Shown: in pieces, positions 1-13,051 of the stretch
Layout of the letters: each line of letters starts with the position of its first letter
How positions within the stretch are numbered: position 1 is the stretch's first letter
Assembly (NCBI GenBank): GCA_965153285.1
Contig: OZ229116.1
Reading direction: 5' to 3' (one strand)
Source of the DNA: Podarcis tiliguerta
Taxonomy: Eukaryota
DNA: 64,000 bases
Position numbers and translations under genes: made by a program
The notes under the pieces: model-generated
What the model was told of the DNA's origin: nothing
The model's input: the letters and a program-made list of their open reading frames with translations, nothing else
Database searches by the model: none

Positions 1-118
1 TTCTTTAGCAATCAGCCTTCTATATGGTCCAGCTCTCACTTCCATACATCACTACTGGGAAAACCATGGCTTTAACTATATGGACCTTTGTTGGCAAGGT
101 GATCTCCCTGCTTTTTTA
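1..118 (-). mobile_element. RTE Bov-B LINE fragment (5'-truncated, continues beyond window start)
   Basis: Reverse complement matches the Bov-B copy at about 17455-17570 (SRDITLPTKVHIVKAMVFPVVMYGSESWTI region). Confidence 0.92.
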
Positions 119-1283
119 ATCCTTGAGAAATGCAGCTATTTGGTGGGTCCCCCCCCCAAAAAAAAACCTGCTTCCACTACATTTGAAAACGTAGGCTGCA
201 TTCACTTTGCAGTTAATCAGAGGGGCGTACATTTGAGACAGCCATTGCACATTCTCAGATGAGAGGAGTTGGGGCAGACGGGGGTACAGATGTGGAGAAA
301 CCAAATCAGGTGAAGACAATCCCACCCCCTCTCTGGTGTGTACAGCAACATGCACATGTGACTTGAACGCAGCTGCGGGGAAATCACCTCCATGCATCGA
401 AAGACGCTAATGTGTACATAGTCCATGGGAGGATAAGGTGCAAGTGGGGGAGATTCAGCGCACACTGCTTATGTGCCCTTTCGCTTTTAAAATTGGACAC
501 ACAGACGCAGTGATTGGTACGCGTTCAGGTTTAAAGACGCGAGTCTATTGCTGTCATCTGTAGTTTCAGCCTAAGGCTAGCTTGTCTTCATGAAAGAAAT
601 TTGTGTAATCCCTCCTTTATGGACTCAGTCTTACTTTAGCAGAAAATACTAAAAGTATGTATGTTCTGGATCAAACTCTGCCTGAACAAATGGATGCGTT
701 TCAACAGGGGGAGAAATACCCTGCACAGTTATCTTCTCCTCGTCACCCAAAAAGCAATTTAACGCACCAGCAGCATTTGCCTATTATTCAGGAAAGGGGG
801 GGGGGGGGACAGGAGTCTGGGAGGGCGGCTTCAAACGCAGGAGATAGTGCTATTATGTATTGCTTGCAAAGTAAACAAGCAACATCCATGTAGTCATTTT
901 CTAATTACAGGGCTATTTCATACACCGTAAATGCTAGCATGGGAGAGGTAAATCATAGCAATTTAATTAATAAAACCATTTAGACAATTAAACCCATATG
1001 TGCACATCTTAAGGCACAACATCAATAATAAAAGCTTGCAGGCATATTTTGGAAAATTTTATGCAATCGTTTGTAGATCTTGGAGTCAATAATTGGTACA
1101 AACAGCTTTAACCCTCCTGTTGCCTTGCCTGAGATGGAACATTATTGGTGGCATCGTCGTCACCATAGACTCGGCTAATGGATGTTGCTACTGTTATCAC
1201 AGACTTTGCTATCATGTTATTCTTATATTTGCTGGCTTTTTGGGGGGGTGGAATATATACCTGTAAAATACTGCCTCCTAGTA

Positions 1284-1649
1284 CAGTGGTGCCCCGCAAG
1301 ACGAATGCCTTGCAAGACGGAAAACCCGCTAGACGAAAGGGTTTTCCGTTTTGGAGGTGCTTCGCAAAACGAATTTGCTATGGGCTTGCTTCGCAAGACG
1401 AAAATGTCTTGCGATTCCTGGGGGGGGGGGTTTCGCTCCCCACCCCCTTTTTCTAAGGCACTAAGCTGCTAATAGCCTTTTAGCAGCTAATCCGCTAATC
1501 CCTTAAACCTTTAATAGCCGCTAATAGCCGCTAAACCGCTAATAGCGCTAATCCGCTAATCCGCTAATACGGTTGCTTCGCAAGACGAAAAAACCGCTAG
1601 ACGAAGAGACTCGTGGAATGGATTCTTTTCGTCTTGCGAGGCGCCACTG
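1284..1649. mobile_element. Tc1/mariner-pogo (Tigger-like) MITE, GCAAGACGAA family, copy A
   Basis: TIRs CAGTGGTGCCCCGCAAGACGAA / TTCGTCTTGCGAGGCGCCACTG; TA TSD at 1282-83 and 1650-51; repeated GC(A/T)AGACGAA sub-terminal motifs; GCTAAT-repeat interior at about 1465-1570. Confidence 0.9.
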
Positions 1650-2100
1650 TATATATGTGTGTAGTTGTGCATTATACATTCCTACAGGTCCTGTCTGGGT
1701 GACACTAGGGGCTGGAGGCAGTGTCACAAAACACAGACCTTGAGCGTGTGCTCCCCATCTCAGGAAACTTGACGTCAGTAGTGAAGCTTTTACCCTGAAG
1801 ATCAAAAGCTTTGAGCCTGAAGTCCAGGCAACTGCTAAAGGGTAGCCCTCCTGGCAATATTTGTATCAGGTTCAATAGGTTCATGGTACCTGCCTAATGT
1901 TGCAGACTCCCATAGGAGCCAACTCCCAGGGGCCGATGGAGTTTCGCCCCCACCTCAATAAAATAAAAAGGTCCTCAAGACCTAAGCATCTTGGTCCTGG
2001 AAGACCTGCTCCCTGCCTTGTAGGCCTTATTTCCACCTGGCCTGGAAGGGTGGAGCCCTGACTGACTCCAACTACAGAAGCTGAGGCGGCTGAGGAGATC

Positions 2101-2134
2101 CTAGCTATCTCTTAGCTATCTCTTAGCTATCTCT
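2101..2134. repeat. Short tandem repeat (TAGCTATCTCT)x3
   Basis: Directly visible. Confidence 0.85.
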
Positions 2135-2631
2135 AAGTGCAGACCCAGGTCACTGAGCCTGTGCTTCCACAACCACCATCTGCCATGACCACCATTGGTA
2201 TTTTATATCTGACTTCCTTTAGCAATGTTTTTTTTTTAAAAAAAAAAATCTTTAATATTTTAGTTTTCTGTCAATTATGTTGCTTTGAATGTATCCTTGA
2301 CTTTCTTCTGTAATGTTTTATTCTCAATTGTTTTATTTGATATTTTAATGTAGGCTGTAAACTGCTTGGAGACTATTAATTTTTCTTAAAAATATAAAGT
2401 GGTATAGAAACAGAATGAAAAATAAATAATGGTAATAATGAAGCACTGCCATTCTTGACAGGGACAGAAATCTGGTTAACTGCAAGTCCGGGGACTGCTC
2501 TGAACATCCTCTTCTAATATGTACTGACTAGAGAACACTCATGCAATGTCCATTTGCAGACAATCCACTGTTACTCTTTTCATTTCTTTTTCTTTAATCT
2601 AAGGAGTTAAGGCGACCACTGATGCCCAGTT

Positions 2632-2805
2632 GAAGAAGAAGAAGAGTTTGGATTTGATATCCCGCCTTTCACTCCCTTTAAGGAGTCTCAAAGTGGCTAA
2701 CATTCTCCTTTCCCCTCCTCCCCCACAACAAACACTCTGTGAGGTGAGTGGGGCTGAGAGACTTCAAAGAAGTGTGACTGGCCCAAGGTCACCCAGCAGC
2801 TGCAC
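2632..2805 (-). mobile_element. Squam3-type (tRNA/CORE/L2-tail) SINE, 5'-truncated
   Basis: Near-identical to 19997-20256; CORE-like GCCCAAGGTCACCCAGC; simple-repeat tail, (GAA)n on the + strand. Confidence 0.8.
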
Positions 2806-2965
2806 TAACTGGATGAGCCTTTCTGAGGAGGGCACTCCACAACCAGGGCGCCACCACCAAAAAGGTGAAAATCCAACCCACCCTACCTCCATTTGGTAGA
2901 AGCACCCCATACCATGATTTGGTTTACTCATTTCAAAAAGTCTGTAGGATTCATGTAGCAGTTGC

Positions 2966-3075
2966 AATTGGGGAGCTGTGGCACTCCAGGTTTTGTTGGA
3001 CTCCCAACAGCTCCATCCAGAACAGCCAATGTCCAGGTATTATGGGATTTGCAATCCAACAAGGGCTTCATCCCT
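2966..3075. mobile_element. Degenerate URR1-like hAT-Charlie palindromic MITE
   Basis: Decayed version of 61401-61536 (TGTTGGACT...GGGATTTGCAATCCAAC). Confidence 0.55.
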
Positions 3076-4916
3076 GCGATAGAGGGTAACAGGATGTTTC
3101 AGGCATGTAAATCTCATATGTAGGTTGTAGACCAGACTTAGAAAACTGTTTTGCATTATTGGAAATTATTAACATTTATTCTGTTAATTACCTAATTGCT
3201 GTATGTTTCCCGCTATCAATATTGTTTATGTTTACCGCTGCGTTTATGCTTACCATTCTGCACGGCGTAGCAAATTGGCTTTTAGTTCAAACACTGTAGG
3301 ATGGAATTCCAATATTCTGATTCTAGTCACAATTGGCCGGAACTGCAGCGGCTGTTATCAAGTAGACAGCCAATAAATAACGACAGGTGTTTGATTCTCT
3401 CCTTCCCCCCTCAGCCCAATTCCAAACAGTAAGTGCAGCTGTGATTTGGTTTGTTCCCTTTGTCATAACATGGAGCGGTGTCAACATGAGTAATGTTGAA
3501 GTGGCTACGGGCAGAATGTCATGTCATGTAACGCTCTTACGTGACGTTGTTAAGATGCAAATCCTGATTCCGTTCATCAGGGTTTCTACCTCTTCTTATA
3601 GTACCTTGCAGGCTCTGATAAATCACCTGGAGAGGTTTCTGGTGTTGTTACTCCTGTGAATCTTAACATCTTAACTAGTCTGCTCTCATTAGTTAAAGAT
3701 TAATGGACACCCCTGCTATAATGTTCCAACGCCATGTAGCCCTGCTAGCAAAGAGTCGCAATAAAGCTGCAATGCAACTGTGCTGGGATGCACAGACCTT
3801 TTAAATAGCTATTAGGGTGGGCAGTGTGTCCTATACACTAGGCACCAGCAAAAGGCTAATAATGTAGTTGAAAAGGCCACCCTCCAAAGGCCATGGTGCA
3901 CCCTTAATTTGGTAGCTTTCCAGTAAGCCCTGAAATATGTGCTCACAGGCCTATTGGGGCTGCCAAAATTGGAGACTTCCAGCTGCCCTGCATTTATATG
4001 CATTAAAAATATCAAAAGTATACCTTTTTGATTCAAGACCGATTGCTGTGTGGTCCCGTGCACAACATGATGAAGGCAAGCTTGGAGGGTCAAACCCCCA
4101 CCCTCCATTGTGCTACTGATAAGATACTAAAAATAGGATGGGGGCATTAGCAAATAAAACAGAGGTTAAAAATAGTACTTCCCTTCCAGTAATTTTTCCA
4201 AGGGTGCCTTCAGTCCCCTGTAGAAAAAGCAAGATTATTTAGAAACGGGTGCAGCAGGCAGGGAATCCCTGACCTGGTTCTCTTGACAACAGACAACAGC
4301 CAGGATGAGGTTTCAGGGTGAGGTCTGCCTTTGTTGGCCCTTAGTGACATCATCACACAGCCATACTTGTGTGGTGTCATGCTTACTATGTGTTCTCTGA
4401 TTAGCTGGGATCACCCCAGAAAGGAGGAGAAGCCCTTGAAATTGGAACTCGCCCACCCTGTCGAAAACACACATTCCTCCATTTTCATTATTGTGCTACC
4501 CCCATTCCCTGTCTCCTCCATCCCCAGCAATAGCACATGAAATTCCAAATCGGCAGGACTGTGGGTGGGAAGAAGGACACGGTCACATGGACTTCAGCAA
4601 TGAAAATCAGCTGACTCACCTTGAATGCCTATTGGGAAAAGATGATCTATAAATAAGCGAGGTAATCAATGCACACCACATCCCATAGGATTAAAAGTTC
4701 CCTCTTGATAGAAACCAGGACAACAAGCAACAGACTGGACTATAATATCTCTCTCTGCTAGAGGAACATTAATATGGGGGAATATTTAAAAGACAATGGT
4801 CACTTACAACCCAAAATGGCACAGTCCACTCCACAACCTCAGGATTCTACTGCTTCACCATTCTGCTCTAGACCAGACCTTGTAAAAGAACTTCAAACTT
4901 TTTTAAAAATTGTAAG

Positions 4917-5231
4917 TAGGGATGAAGGAGAAATGCATACAGTACACATTTTAATGAATGAACGCCTAATCTGCATTTTCTGAACCAATATACAAACGGA
5001 AATACTGTGATCTTCTGAAACCCACATTTGTTTGAATGTGTACAGGTGTACACGAATTAAAATAACATACTAAATGTGTTATATTAGGAGAAACTGACTT
5101 GTGAGGGAGCATGCATTAGGCAAAGGTGCAATCAAAGACATGCATATGATTTTTCATGGAGATTTGGGGCAAACAGACTGGGAAAACGAGAAAATGAAAG
5201 AAAGAAAAGTTGGCAGGTATATCTATCCCTA
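4917..5231. mobile_element. Old AT-rich non-autonomous DNA transposon (TAGGGATG...ATCCCTA ends, hAT-like)
   Basis: Imperfect TIRs; interior resembles about 34050-34360 (opposite strand) and 63360-63630. Confidence 0.5.
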
Positions 5232-6961
5232 CTAATAAGTGACATTTCCTACTGCCATGGGTCGCTTTTCAGTAGCAAACAAAAAGTTACTTCTGCAGCG
5301 ATACGTTAATAGCAAGTGCAGACAAAGGAAATGCTATTATTCTAATTGTGAGTGTCTCTGTTTCCCTGGAAAATAGCACTTCCTATTACGGCATTTCTCT
5401 CTCTTTGCCCCTCCTCCAACCTTAATTAGTGCCACTAATATCTTGTGATCAGCATTGAGGACCATCTGCAAAAATGGACTTTGATCTCCCTAACTAGTAT
5501 ATAGCCTTGGATACTTGCGCTTAACTGCTGAAATAATACCCTACAGCTCAAAACCAATTCATATAAGGTTATTAAACTGAGATTGCCATGCTCAATCAAC
5601 TTCATAAATACATATTGTGGAATTTTTATCCTCCCCGTCACTGCCTTTGAGGATTAGATTTTTATTGAGTTTGATTTGTAGCAGAAAAGCATCCGGCATG
5701 ATTTAGATCAGGGACAGCAGAGCAATGAAATGGAGAAACTACTGTCACTTGTGGAATGCTAATGGGAGCTGTGGAACTGGTCCTGTTGTATGAATGAAGC
5801 TGTCTTAAAACTGGGTGAATATAGCCGTTTCCCAATGGGCAGCCTTTTTTGCAATGGCCAAGTAGAATCCACAGTGAGCTGAGCAGAATCTTATCACCAC
5901 ACTTATGATTGCCAGTTTTCATTCAATATGGGTGTGTGGTAAAAAAGAAAGTTTTAAGCCAATGGATTTAGATGGCAATGTGTCTTTATTGCTTCAGTTA
6001 CTTCAAAACATGGCTATCTAGGAACCTTCCTGCACATTCTGCCAAGTGAGGATCTGGATGTTTGCCCCAAAGGTTTGCACCAATGACCCCACTGAGAATA
6101 CCAGCTCTCCGTGTGGTTGAGAGCTCATCTGTATTCAACCACTGCACATTCTTCGATCATGGCCAATTCTGCTGTTTGTTCCTTTGTTTTGTATCACATG
6201 TATAGAAGTTGCAGATCTACAATTGGAACCAGAAGGTTATCATGAGGTGTGGGGTGGGAGCCAGAGAACCTTTCAGCATCCTTCATCCCAAATCATTTGA
6301 AAGCCCTGGTTGCAACAATTAAACTGCCAAATAATTGTGATTTGGTCTCCTTTTACTGGTTCTGGAGAGCAAAGCAGCCAGCCAGCCAAGCTTTGTGAAT
6401 CTCAGACACTTTGCACTTGATGCAAACCCCTGACCCCTTTGACATCCGCAGGAACCATCTCCCAAAATCGCCATAGGTTTCCAGTGCAGTGAAGAAATAA
6501 GAGCAACATTAATGTATGCAGTCCCGTGTGACATAGTAATTAGGTTGCCTGGAGGCTCTTCAATGGTTATGATGATTCAGTGGAAAGAAACAGGCAATTA
6601 AACACAATTTAGGGGTTGAGTTGTGTGCTCTCATTCCTAGGCAGTCACCCAAACTGAATTCAAAGAATCCTAGAGCTGGAAGAGACCTACAGGGTCATCT
6701 AGTCCAGGAATTTGGAGAGGTGCACATACAGAGATTCTGATGTGTCTATAGTTGAAGTTTCAGACATCACCTGGAAATATAAAGGTAGAATAAACAATGG
6801 TGTCAGCACTTCCTTCAGAGCAAATCCTTTCAACTCAGAAGGACTTATGCAGAATTGCATTGCCAATTCCATTGACATCAAAACGAGTTAACTAGTTTCT
6901 GAAGAAAAACTTTTTTCCCCCCTACATTTTTTAGCTTCATGATACCACATATAATCATACA

Positions 6962-7203
6962 CAGTGGTACCTCGGGTTACATATGCTCCAGGTTACAGAC
7001 GCTTCAGGTTACAGACTCTGCTAACCCAGAAATAGTACCTTGGGTTAAGAACTTTGCTTCAGGATGAGAACCGAAATCATGCGGTGGCGGCACGGCAGCA
7101 GCAGGAGGCCCCATTAGCTAAAGCGGTGCTTCAGGTTAAGAACAGTTTCAGGTTAAGAATGGACCTCCAGAACGAATTAAGTACGTAACCAGAGGTACCA
7201 CTG
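6962..7203. mobile_element. Tigger-like MITE, AACCTGAAGC family, copy 1 (opposite orientation to copies 2-5)
   Basis: TIRs CAGTGGTACCTCGGGTTAC / GTAACCAGAGGTACCACTG; TA on the right flank; 242 bp. Confidence 0.92.
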
Positions 7204-8199
7204 TATCATTGAATATGTGTATATCGGATGCTATACTTATCAGTAAGGAAGGAAGGGAAAAAGCTGAAATAAAAGTTAATAGGGATAGGAAGTATGATTA
7301 AAGTAATATCTTCAGCAACCCCTCAGAAGGAAGCTGTTATGCTAACCAGATGAGAAAGGCGGGCAGTAGGACACTGGGCTGACTGTTTGGATTCAGTTGG
7401 ATGCCATTTTGAATCAAGATGGTGGACTGAACTTTTCAAAACAGCACAGATTTATTTATTTTTATTATCCTGGAGCAAGACCACATACGGTGCCGCTAGC
7501 ATTAAATATACTAGCACTGCCCTTTTGTTATCTAAACCCTGATATCTGACAATACCTTCATATCAAAATCCTGGGTGCTGCCTCAAGTCATTGCAGCCCA
7601 TCAGGTTTTGTTTTCATGCAACTTCAGGCTGCCTGGATCGTTTGGTAAAGGGGACAAATATAATTGTTTGAAATCATGCCTAATAAAGTCAGAAAGTTGT
7701 TTTTCTTTGTACTGTCAAAATCCCCACTCTTGTTGTAGATTTTATTAAATTAACACACACATTTTTTTATGCAACTTACCAAAAAGCTAGTTGTTTTGCA
7801 ATAGCTACATGGCTTTGGCTATCTCTCTCTGTAAAATATAATTTAATTTCCAACTATTTAAAGGTCATTCTGAATAATATATATATACTGCTTAATAATC
7901 AGTTAATAGAATGGCAGCCATCTAGAGCAGTTTCCTCAGTGTGGGGCAACATTTGATGTTTTCATTTGTCTGGAGATCATAGAAGTGAGAGAGGGAACAC
8001 TTGCTTCAAAAAGCCCAGCTCCAGAGTTCTTCCTGTCCCCTTTTTATGTCTTTCTGCCTCTTCCATTTTTAATGGGACAAACAAAAATCAGGGATAATCT
8101 CTGCAAAGGTCTTTTCATTTCAAAATTTATAAGTGTTAATTAATTACATGCCCTCTGTGTAAATTAATCTGATTGATGAAGGGCAATGAAGACTATGAA

Positions 8200-8262
8200 T
8201 CTATCTACAGTATCATCTATCTATCATCTATATCTAGCTAGCTAGCTAGCTAATCTATCTAT
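8200..8262. repeat. (TATC)n/(TAGC)n microsatellite
   Basis: Directly visible. Confidence 0.8.
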
Positions 8263-8379
8263 AATATTCAATATGAAGATCCCTCTGGAAGAAAGAAACC
8301 TAGGCCTGGGAAAATCATTGCTTGATTGGGTTACTAATAAGAAAAAGGCTATTAGGAATGCTCTTGGCTACATTCGTCA

Positions 8380-8530
8380 AGAAAAAGGATTTGGAATGAA
8401 CATAAGGGAAAAAACCTATTCACTGTATAAGCTGTTTGATAATGGAATGGTCTGCCTTGGAAGGTGGTAGACTCTCATTCATTTGAGGTTTTCAAGAAGA
8501 AACTGGCGATATTTGATACATCTTTCAAGG
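8380..8530 (+). mobile_element. Old CR1 LINE 3' fragment
   Basis: Decayed CR1 ORF2 C-terminal motif (WNGLP..VVDSHSFEVFKKKL). Confidence 0.6.
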
Positions 8531-9039
8531 ATGCTGTAGTAGTGGGTTTCAGTGGTGGCTGTTGTCCATTGGCAGGCAGGGAGGCCACCAGTATGCATAG
8601 CTGGAACCAGTGGCAGTCAGAGCCAACGATAAATGGAAGCAAATAATTCTAGTTTTGTCCCCATCCTCTTCCTTGCTGACTTCTGCAAGTGCAACATGGA
8701 GATGGCAGAAAAGGAAGCAAGCAGCTAGTGCCATTCCCTGGACTGGTTAAGGACAAACTGAGGTTGGTGGGGCAGTGCCCTGTTTGCCTTAATGGACCCT
8801 CTTCCCCAGTGTGTTTCCTACATTGACAAGGGGGCTGGTCTAGACATTTGTGGTCCATTCTAGCTCTAAGAATCTGATATTATGCACCCCACAAGTCAGC
8901 TCGCCTTAGGCAAAGAACTCATTAATCCCCTTCGCTCTCCAGCATGGACAGAAGCTCTGTCAGAAGCATCTCAGCTTGACTGACTACACAAGCAGAGACA
9001 CAGGGCAGCGGAGCCACTGTAAAGTGATGTTTCAAGTGT

Positions 9040-9530
9040 CAGAATAAGTTTGAGGAAACCCTGATTGAATCCCTACTCAGCAATGAAGTCCACTGGTTGA
9101 CCTTGGGCTGGTCACTGTCTGTCAGTGCAACCCATCTCACAGGGTTTTGGTGAGGACAGAAATGGAGAAGGGGAAACCTCTGTATGTGACCCTGAGTTGC
9201 TATGAGGAAAGGCAGGATATGAATGTCATAGGTAAAGGTAAAGGGACTCCTGACCATTAGGTCCAGTCATGACCAAGTCTGGGGTTGCGGCGCTCATCTT
9301 GCTTTATTGGCCGAGGGAGCCAGCGTACAGCTTCCGGGTCATGTGGCCAGCATGACTAAGCCGCTTCTGGCGAACCAGAGCAGCGCACAGAAATGCCATT
9401 TACCTTCCCGCTGGAGAGGTACCTATTTATCTGCTTGCACTTTGACGTGCTTTCGAACTGCTAGGTTGGCAGGAGCAGGGACCGAGCAACGGGAGCTCAC
9501 CGGTTCCCTCATGAATGTCGTAAATAAATA
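9040..9530 (+). mobile_element. Old Squam3-type SINE interrupted by a Sauria SINE
   Basis: CORE-like TGACCTTGGGCTGGTCACT, CTCACAGGGTTTTGGTGAGG and an L2-type tail that resumes after 9511 (TAAATAAATA). Confidence 0.7.
9231..9510 (-). mobile_element. Sauria (POM-type) SINE, 5'-truncated
   Basis: (ACCTTT)n tail on the minus strand; body matches 23786-24134; TSD ATGAATGTC(A/G)TA at 9219-9230 and 9511-9522. Confidence 0.92.
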
Positions 9531-10659
9531 CAATAATAGTGAACTATTGAGGTACATCAGAGAATTCGCACCAGTGAGGAGTGTCCTTTGCATCTCTTGG
9601 CTCTCACGAGAATGAATCGAAGTCTGGCAGAGCCAAAGTGGTTGGTGCTTCAGCACTTGCTAGTGTGGCCCAAGTTAAACATTAGCTGGTGATTTGGCTG
9701 TAGTCAAAAGCTCATCTGACCTGGCTGGAAAATAAGGAGTGAGCTGCCAGTGGCAAAGTATATCACAAATCACAACCATTATGCTCGGGGGCAGGGGAGG
9801 TAGTGTAATGTTGCTATCAGGTTTCTGCCTTCCCCATGCCTTCTCAAGGTTCACTGCAGTTTCAAGGTTGCTGCTGCCTCTTCCTAGGTGTCCCTAATCA
9901 GTATCCAGGAGAAACCCCAGATGTTGCTGCCGCTGTGGCTTTAATTAGATCTTGGGCTCTTCCAGTGGCAGAATGATATGCAATTGTGACTGACAATTAC
10001 TTTACGTGATGCATTAGCATATTGCTGGTAGGGAAAGGCAGAGGAGGACACTGGTAGGCGATGACAAATTATCTAAATTAACTTCTAATTTAAAGGCCTC
10101 TTTTCTTATTATAAACTGTTCTGGTTAATCAAATGTTAAATTCACCTTCTCGGCGTACAAGGACTAGTGTGGAGCCAGATGTGATAGCAGGGATTTTTTT
10201 GCGTCTTGTCAAGTACACACTAACACACATATGTAAAAATATGGTCAATTTATAAGATAGGGTTTTCCTTGCTTCAGGAAATAGATGGTATATAGAGTAT
10301 GAACCGCTTTCTCAGTGACTTGAGAAATCCATGATCACAGCAACATTAGGGCTAAAGACAGAAGGCAATCACATGTAAAAATCACCACCCTAGTCCCAGA
10401 GGGAAGATTTCCTTAACCACCAACAACTCTCCAAGGTCTCAACTTAAGTAATATTGCAGTTCTGGTGCTGCAGAAGAGAGGAGACAGCCCTACCATTCAG
10501 CAACAAGCTTGAGGCTGGTGGTGGAGATGGTGGAGCATAAAAAAAGACAAAAATTGGTACCCAAATGGTACCTATATTAAGTCACCCAAGCTACCGCTTC
10601 GTAGCTTGACAGGGGGCATCAATGAAACAGTTTAATTTGGGGAGTTGTATCACAACATA

Positions 10660-10970
10660 TCAAACCTCTCCATTCTTAAGGAAATCAGCCCTGAGTGCTC
10701 ACTGGAAGGACAGATCATGAAGCTGAGGCTCCAATACTTTGGCCACCTCATGAGAAGAGAAGACTCCCTGGAAAAGACCCTGATGTTAGGAAAGATGGAG
10801 GGCACAAGGAGAAGGGGATGACAGATGACGAGATGGTTGGATAGTGTTCTTGAAGCTACCAGCATGAGTTTGACCAAACTGCAGGAGGCAGTGGAAGACA
10901 GAAGTGCCTGGTGTGCTCTGGTCCATGGGGTCACGAAGAGTCGGAACGACTAAACGACTAAAGAACAACA
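10660..10970 (+). mobile_element. RTE Bov-B LINE 3' end
   Basis: Matches about 17632-17945; (CAA)-type tail; TSD ATCACA(A/G)CATA at 10649-59 and 10971-81. Confidence 0.93.
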
Positions 10971-12146
10971 ATCACAGCATAAATTGCAAGGGATCCTGGG
11001 GCACTCCTGTGAATGGAAAAACCAAAGAAACTTGTAGTGATTGCACTTCAAACTTAAAAATATGTTGAACCAGCTTCCAGTCTATTTTTATAGGAACCAT
11101 TTGATTTAAGAACATAAACTATGAAGGAATACTAATAGCAGGGAGGGCTGATCCTATCGGGTTAATGAGAAAGCTACATTGTGTGTGCGACCACAACACT
11201 TTTTCAAATTCTGGTATTTGTGTATTAAATGGTCCAATGACTGACATTGGCGCCTCAGAAAGTATCTGTCAAAAATTTCCCAAAGCTCTTCAGACAGTGA
11301 TGTATTTTCTGCCTGGTAAGTCTTTCCATAAGGCACTCAAGATCTCTACTCCAAGAGAGAGAAAAGGACAAAATCAGAACAAGCTCCCAAATTCCCCATC
11401 AATTAAGATTTTAAACATATTTTCTTACATTGCAGACATTTTATTTTGGTTTTAATCTGTCGAAGTAAAGTGCGAGTCATCTTTGGGAACAAAATGAGTC
11501 TGACAGTTTTGTGTTGGTGCTTATATTTTCCCATTACTGACTCTTTTCATCTTTGTCCTGGAGCAAAAATAAATTTCCCTTTTTAAGCTTTTGAGGATAA
11601 AAATCTCATCTGTAGCCTCATAAATGATCCTTTATTATCTATATTAATAATGAATAAATGTCTGTTGAATACCCCTGATCCTCACATTATGTATTATGGA
11701 TAACCTTTTGATTTAGCAGCACAAACTATGAAACAATATTAAATCAGTAAAGAACTGATCTTATCAGAGTCGCTAAGGTCAGAATTATAATTTTCCCTTC
11801 TTCATTTTTATTTGTAAATTGACCTGTATGCAACATGAACAGCTATCAATAATATTTACTTGTCTCACAAAAACCTAATGGAAATAATAATTAAGAAATA
11901 TACCTTGCACAGACTTCGCCTTTTCATTTCTATTTTTTCACTCAGCCTCTTAGAGTCCAGCCTCTAGAGTTATATATAGTTCAGAAATCTTTCATAGGAG
12001 CAAGATCTCTTGGAGCAGTATGGATATCTTCCTATTCCAGGAAGGGCAGAGAAGTACAATAGTGGGATCTTTATTTCTAGTTTCCGAGGAAGAAAAGAAG
12101 TCTGATGTGGTTTTGTTTTGTTTTGGGGGTTTTACTGTCACTATTG

Positions 12147-12170
12147 CATTCATTCATTCATTCATTCATT
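12147..12170. repeat. (ATTC)n microsatellite
   Basis: Directly visible. Confidence 0.9.
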
Positions 12171-12553
12171 TAAGCTCCCTACTTTAAGCTTTCCCCACCC
12201 CCTTCCCTATATACCTGCTATGTGCAAGGGCAGCTTTCACTTTCTCTCAGGTTTTTTAAAAAGTTCTTATGGTTTTATTTAATCCCCAGAGAATGAGTTG
12301 TGAAGTCCTGCTATGAATCTTTTCTCTCAGCCATGTGGTTTCACGCTAGCTGCTGCCTTAGTCTCTCACATCCAGTGTGAGGGCAATCCTCACCTTTCTT
12401 CCAGGGTTGCTGCCATGATATTTGAATATATCAACATGGTTAAGTGAGGAGAAGTTGGTACCAAAGCAAAACAAGTCCCATTGAAAATGGATGGACAGCA
12501 ATGTGACCCTATTGATTCTCCCAGACCTCTCAGCAGCATTTGATAAAGTAGAC

Positions 12554-12821
12554 CATGGGTAGGCAAACTAAGGCCTGGGGGCTGGATCTGGCCCAATTGC
12601 CTTCTAAATCCGGCCCGTGGTTGGTCCTGGAATCAGGGTGTTTTTACATGAGTAGAATGTGTCCTTTTATTTAAAATGCATCTCTGGGTTATTTGTGAGG
12701 CATAGGAATTTGTTCATTTCCCCCCCCCCCCAAAAAAAATAGTCTCCTCTCCCCCCCCCCCCCCCCGAAGGTCTGAGGGACAGTGAACCGGCCCCCTGCT
12801 GAAAAAGTTTGCTGACGCCTG
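12554..12821. mobile_element. hAT-Charlie-type non-autonomous element
   Basis: TIRs CATGGGTAGGCAAACT / AGTTTGCTGACGCCTG; 8-bp TSD AAGTAGAC/ATGTAGAC; CGGCCC sub-terminal motifs. Confidence 0.85.
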
Positions 12822-13051
12822 ATGTAGACCATGGATGCATACTTCTGAGGTTCCATGTGGAAATGAGTTTTTTTGGTCAGCATTTGTTTGTTCGCTCAAT
12901 TTGTTTGTTCACTCAATACCTTCCCCACCCTTTACCATAAGGTCCCATGGTGGGTAACAACCATGAAATGCACAATTATAAAACAACTGTAAAACAAGAA
13001 AACTGTAAAAATAATTACAGGAACGTAGGAAGTTGTGTGGCAGTGGTTCTT

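Noticed and set aside
1284-1649. Regularly spaced GCAAGACGAA repeats resembling a CRISPR array
   Set aside because: Eukaryotic DNA; 10-bp repeats enclosed by TIRs and a TA TSD are transposase-binding sub-terminal repeats; no cas genes.
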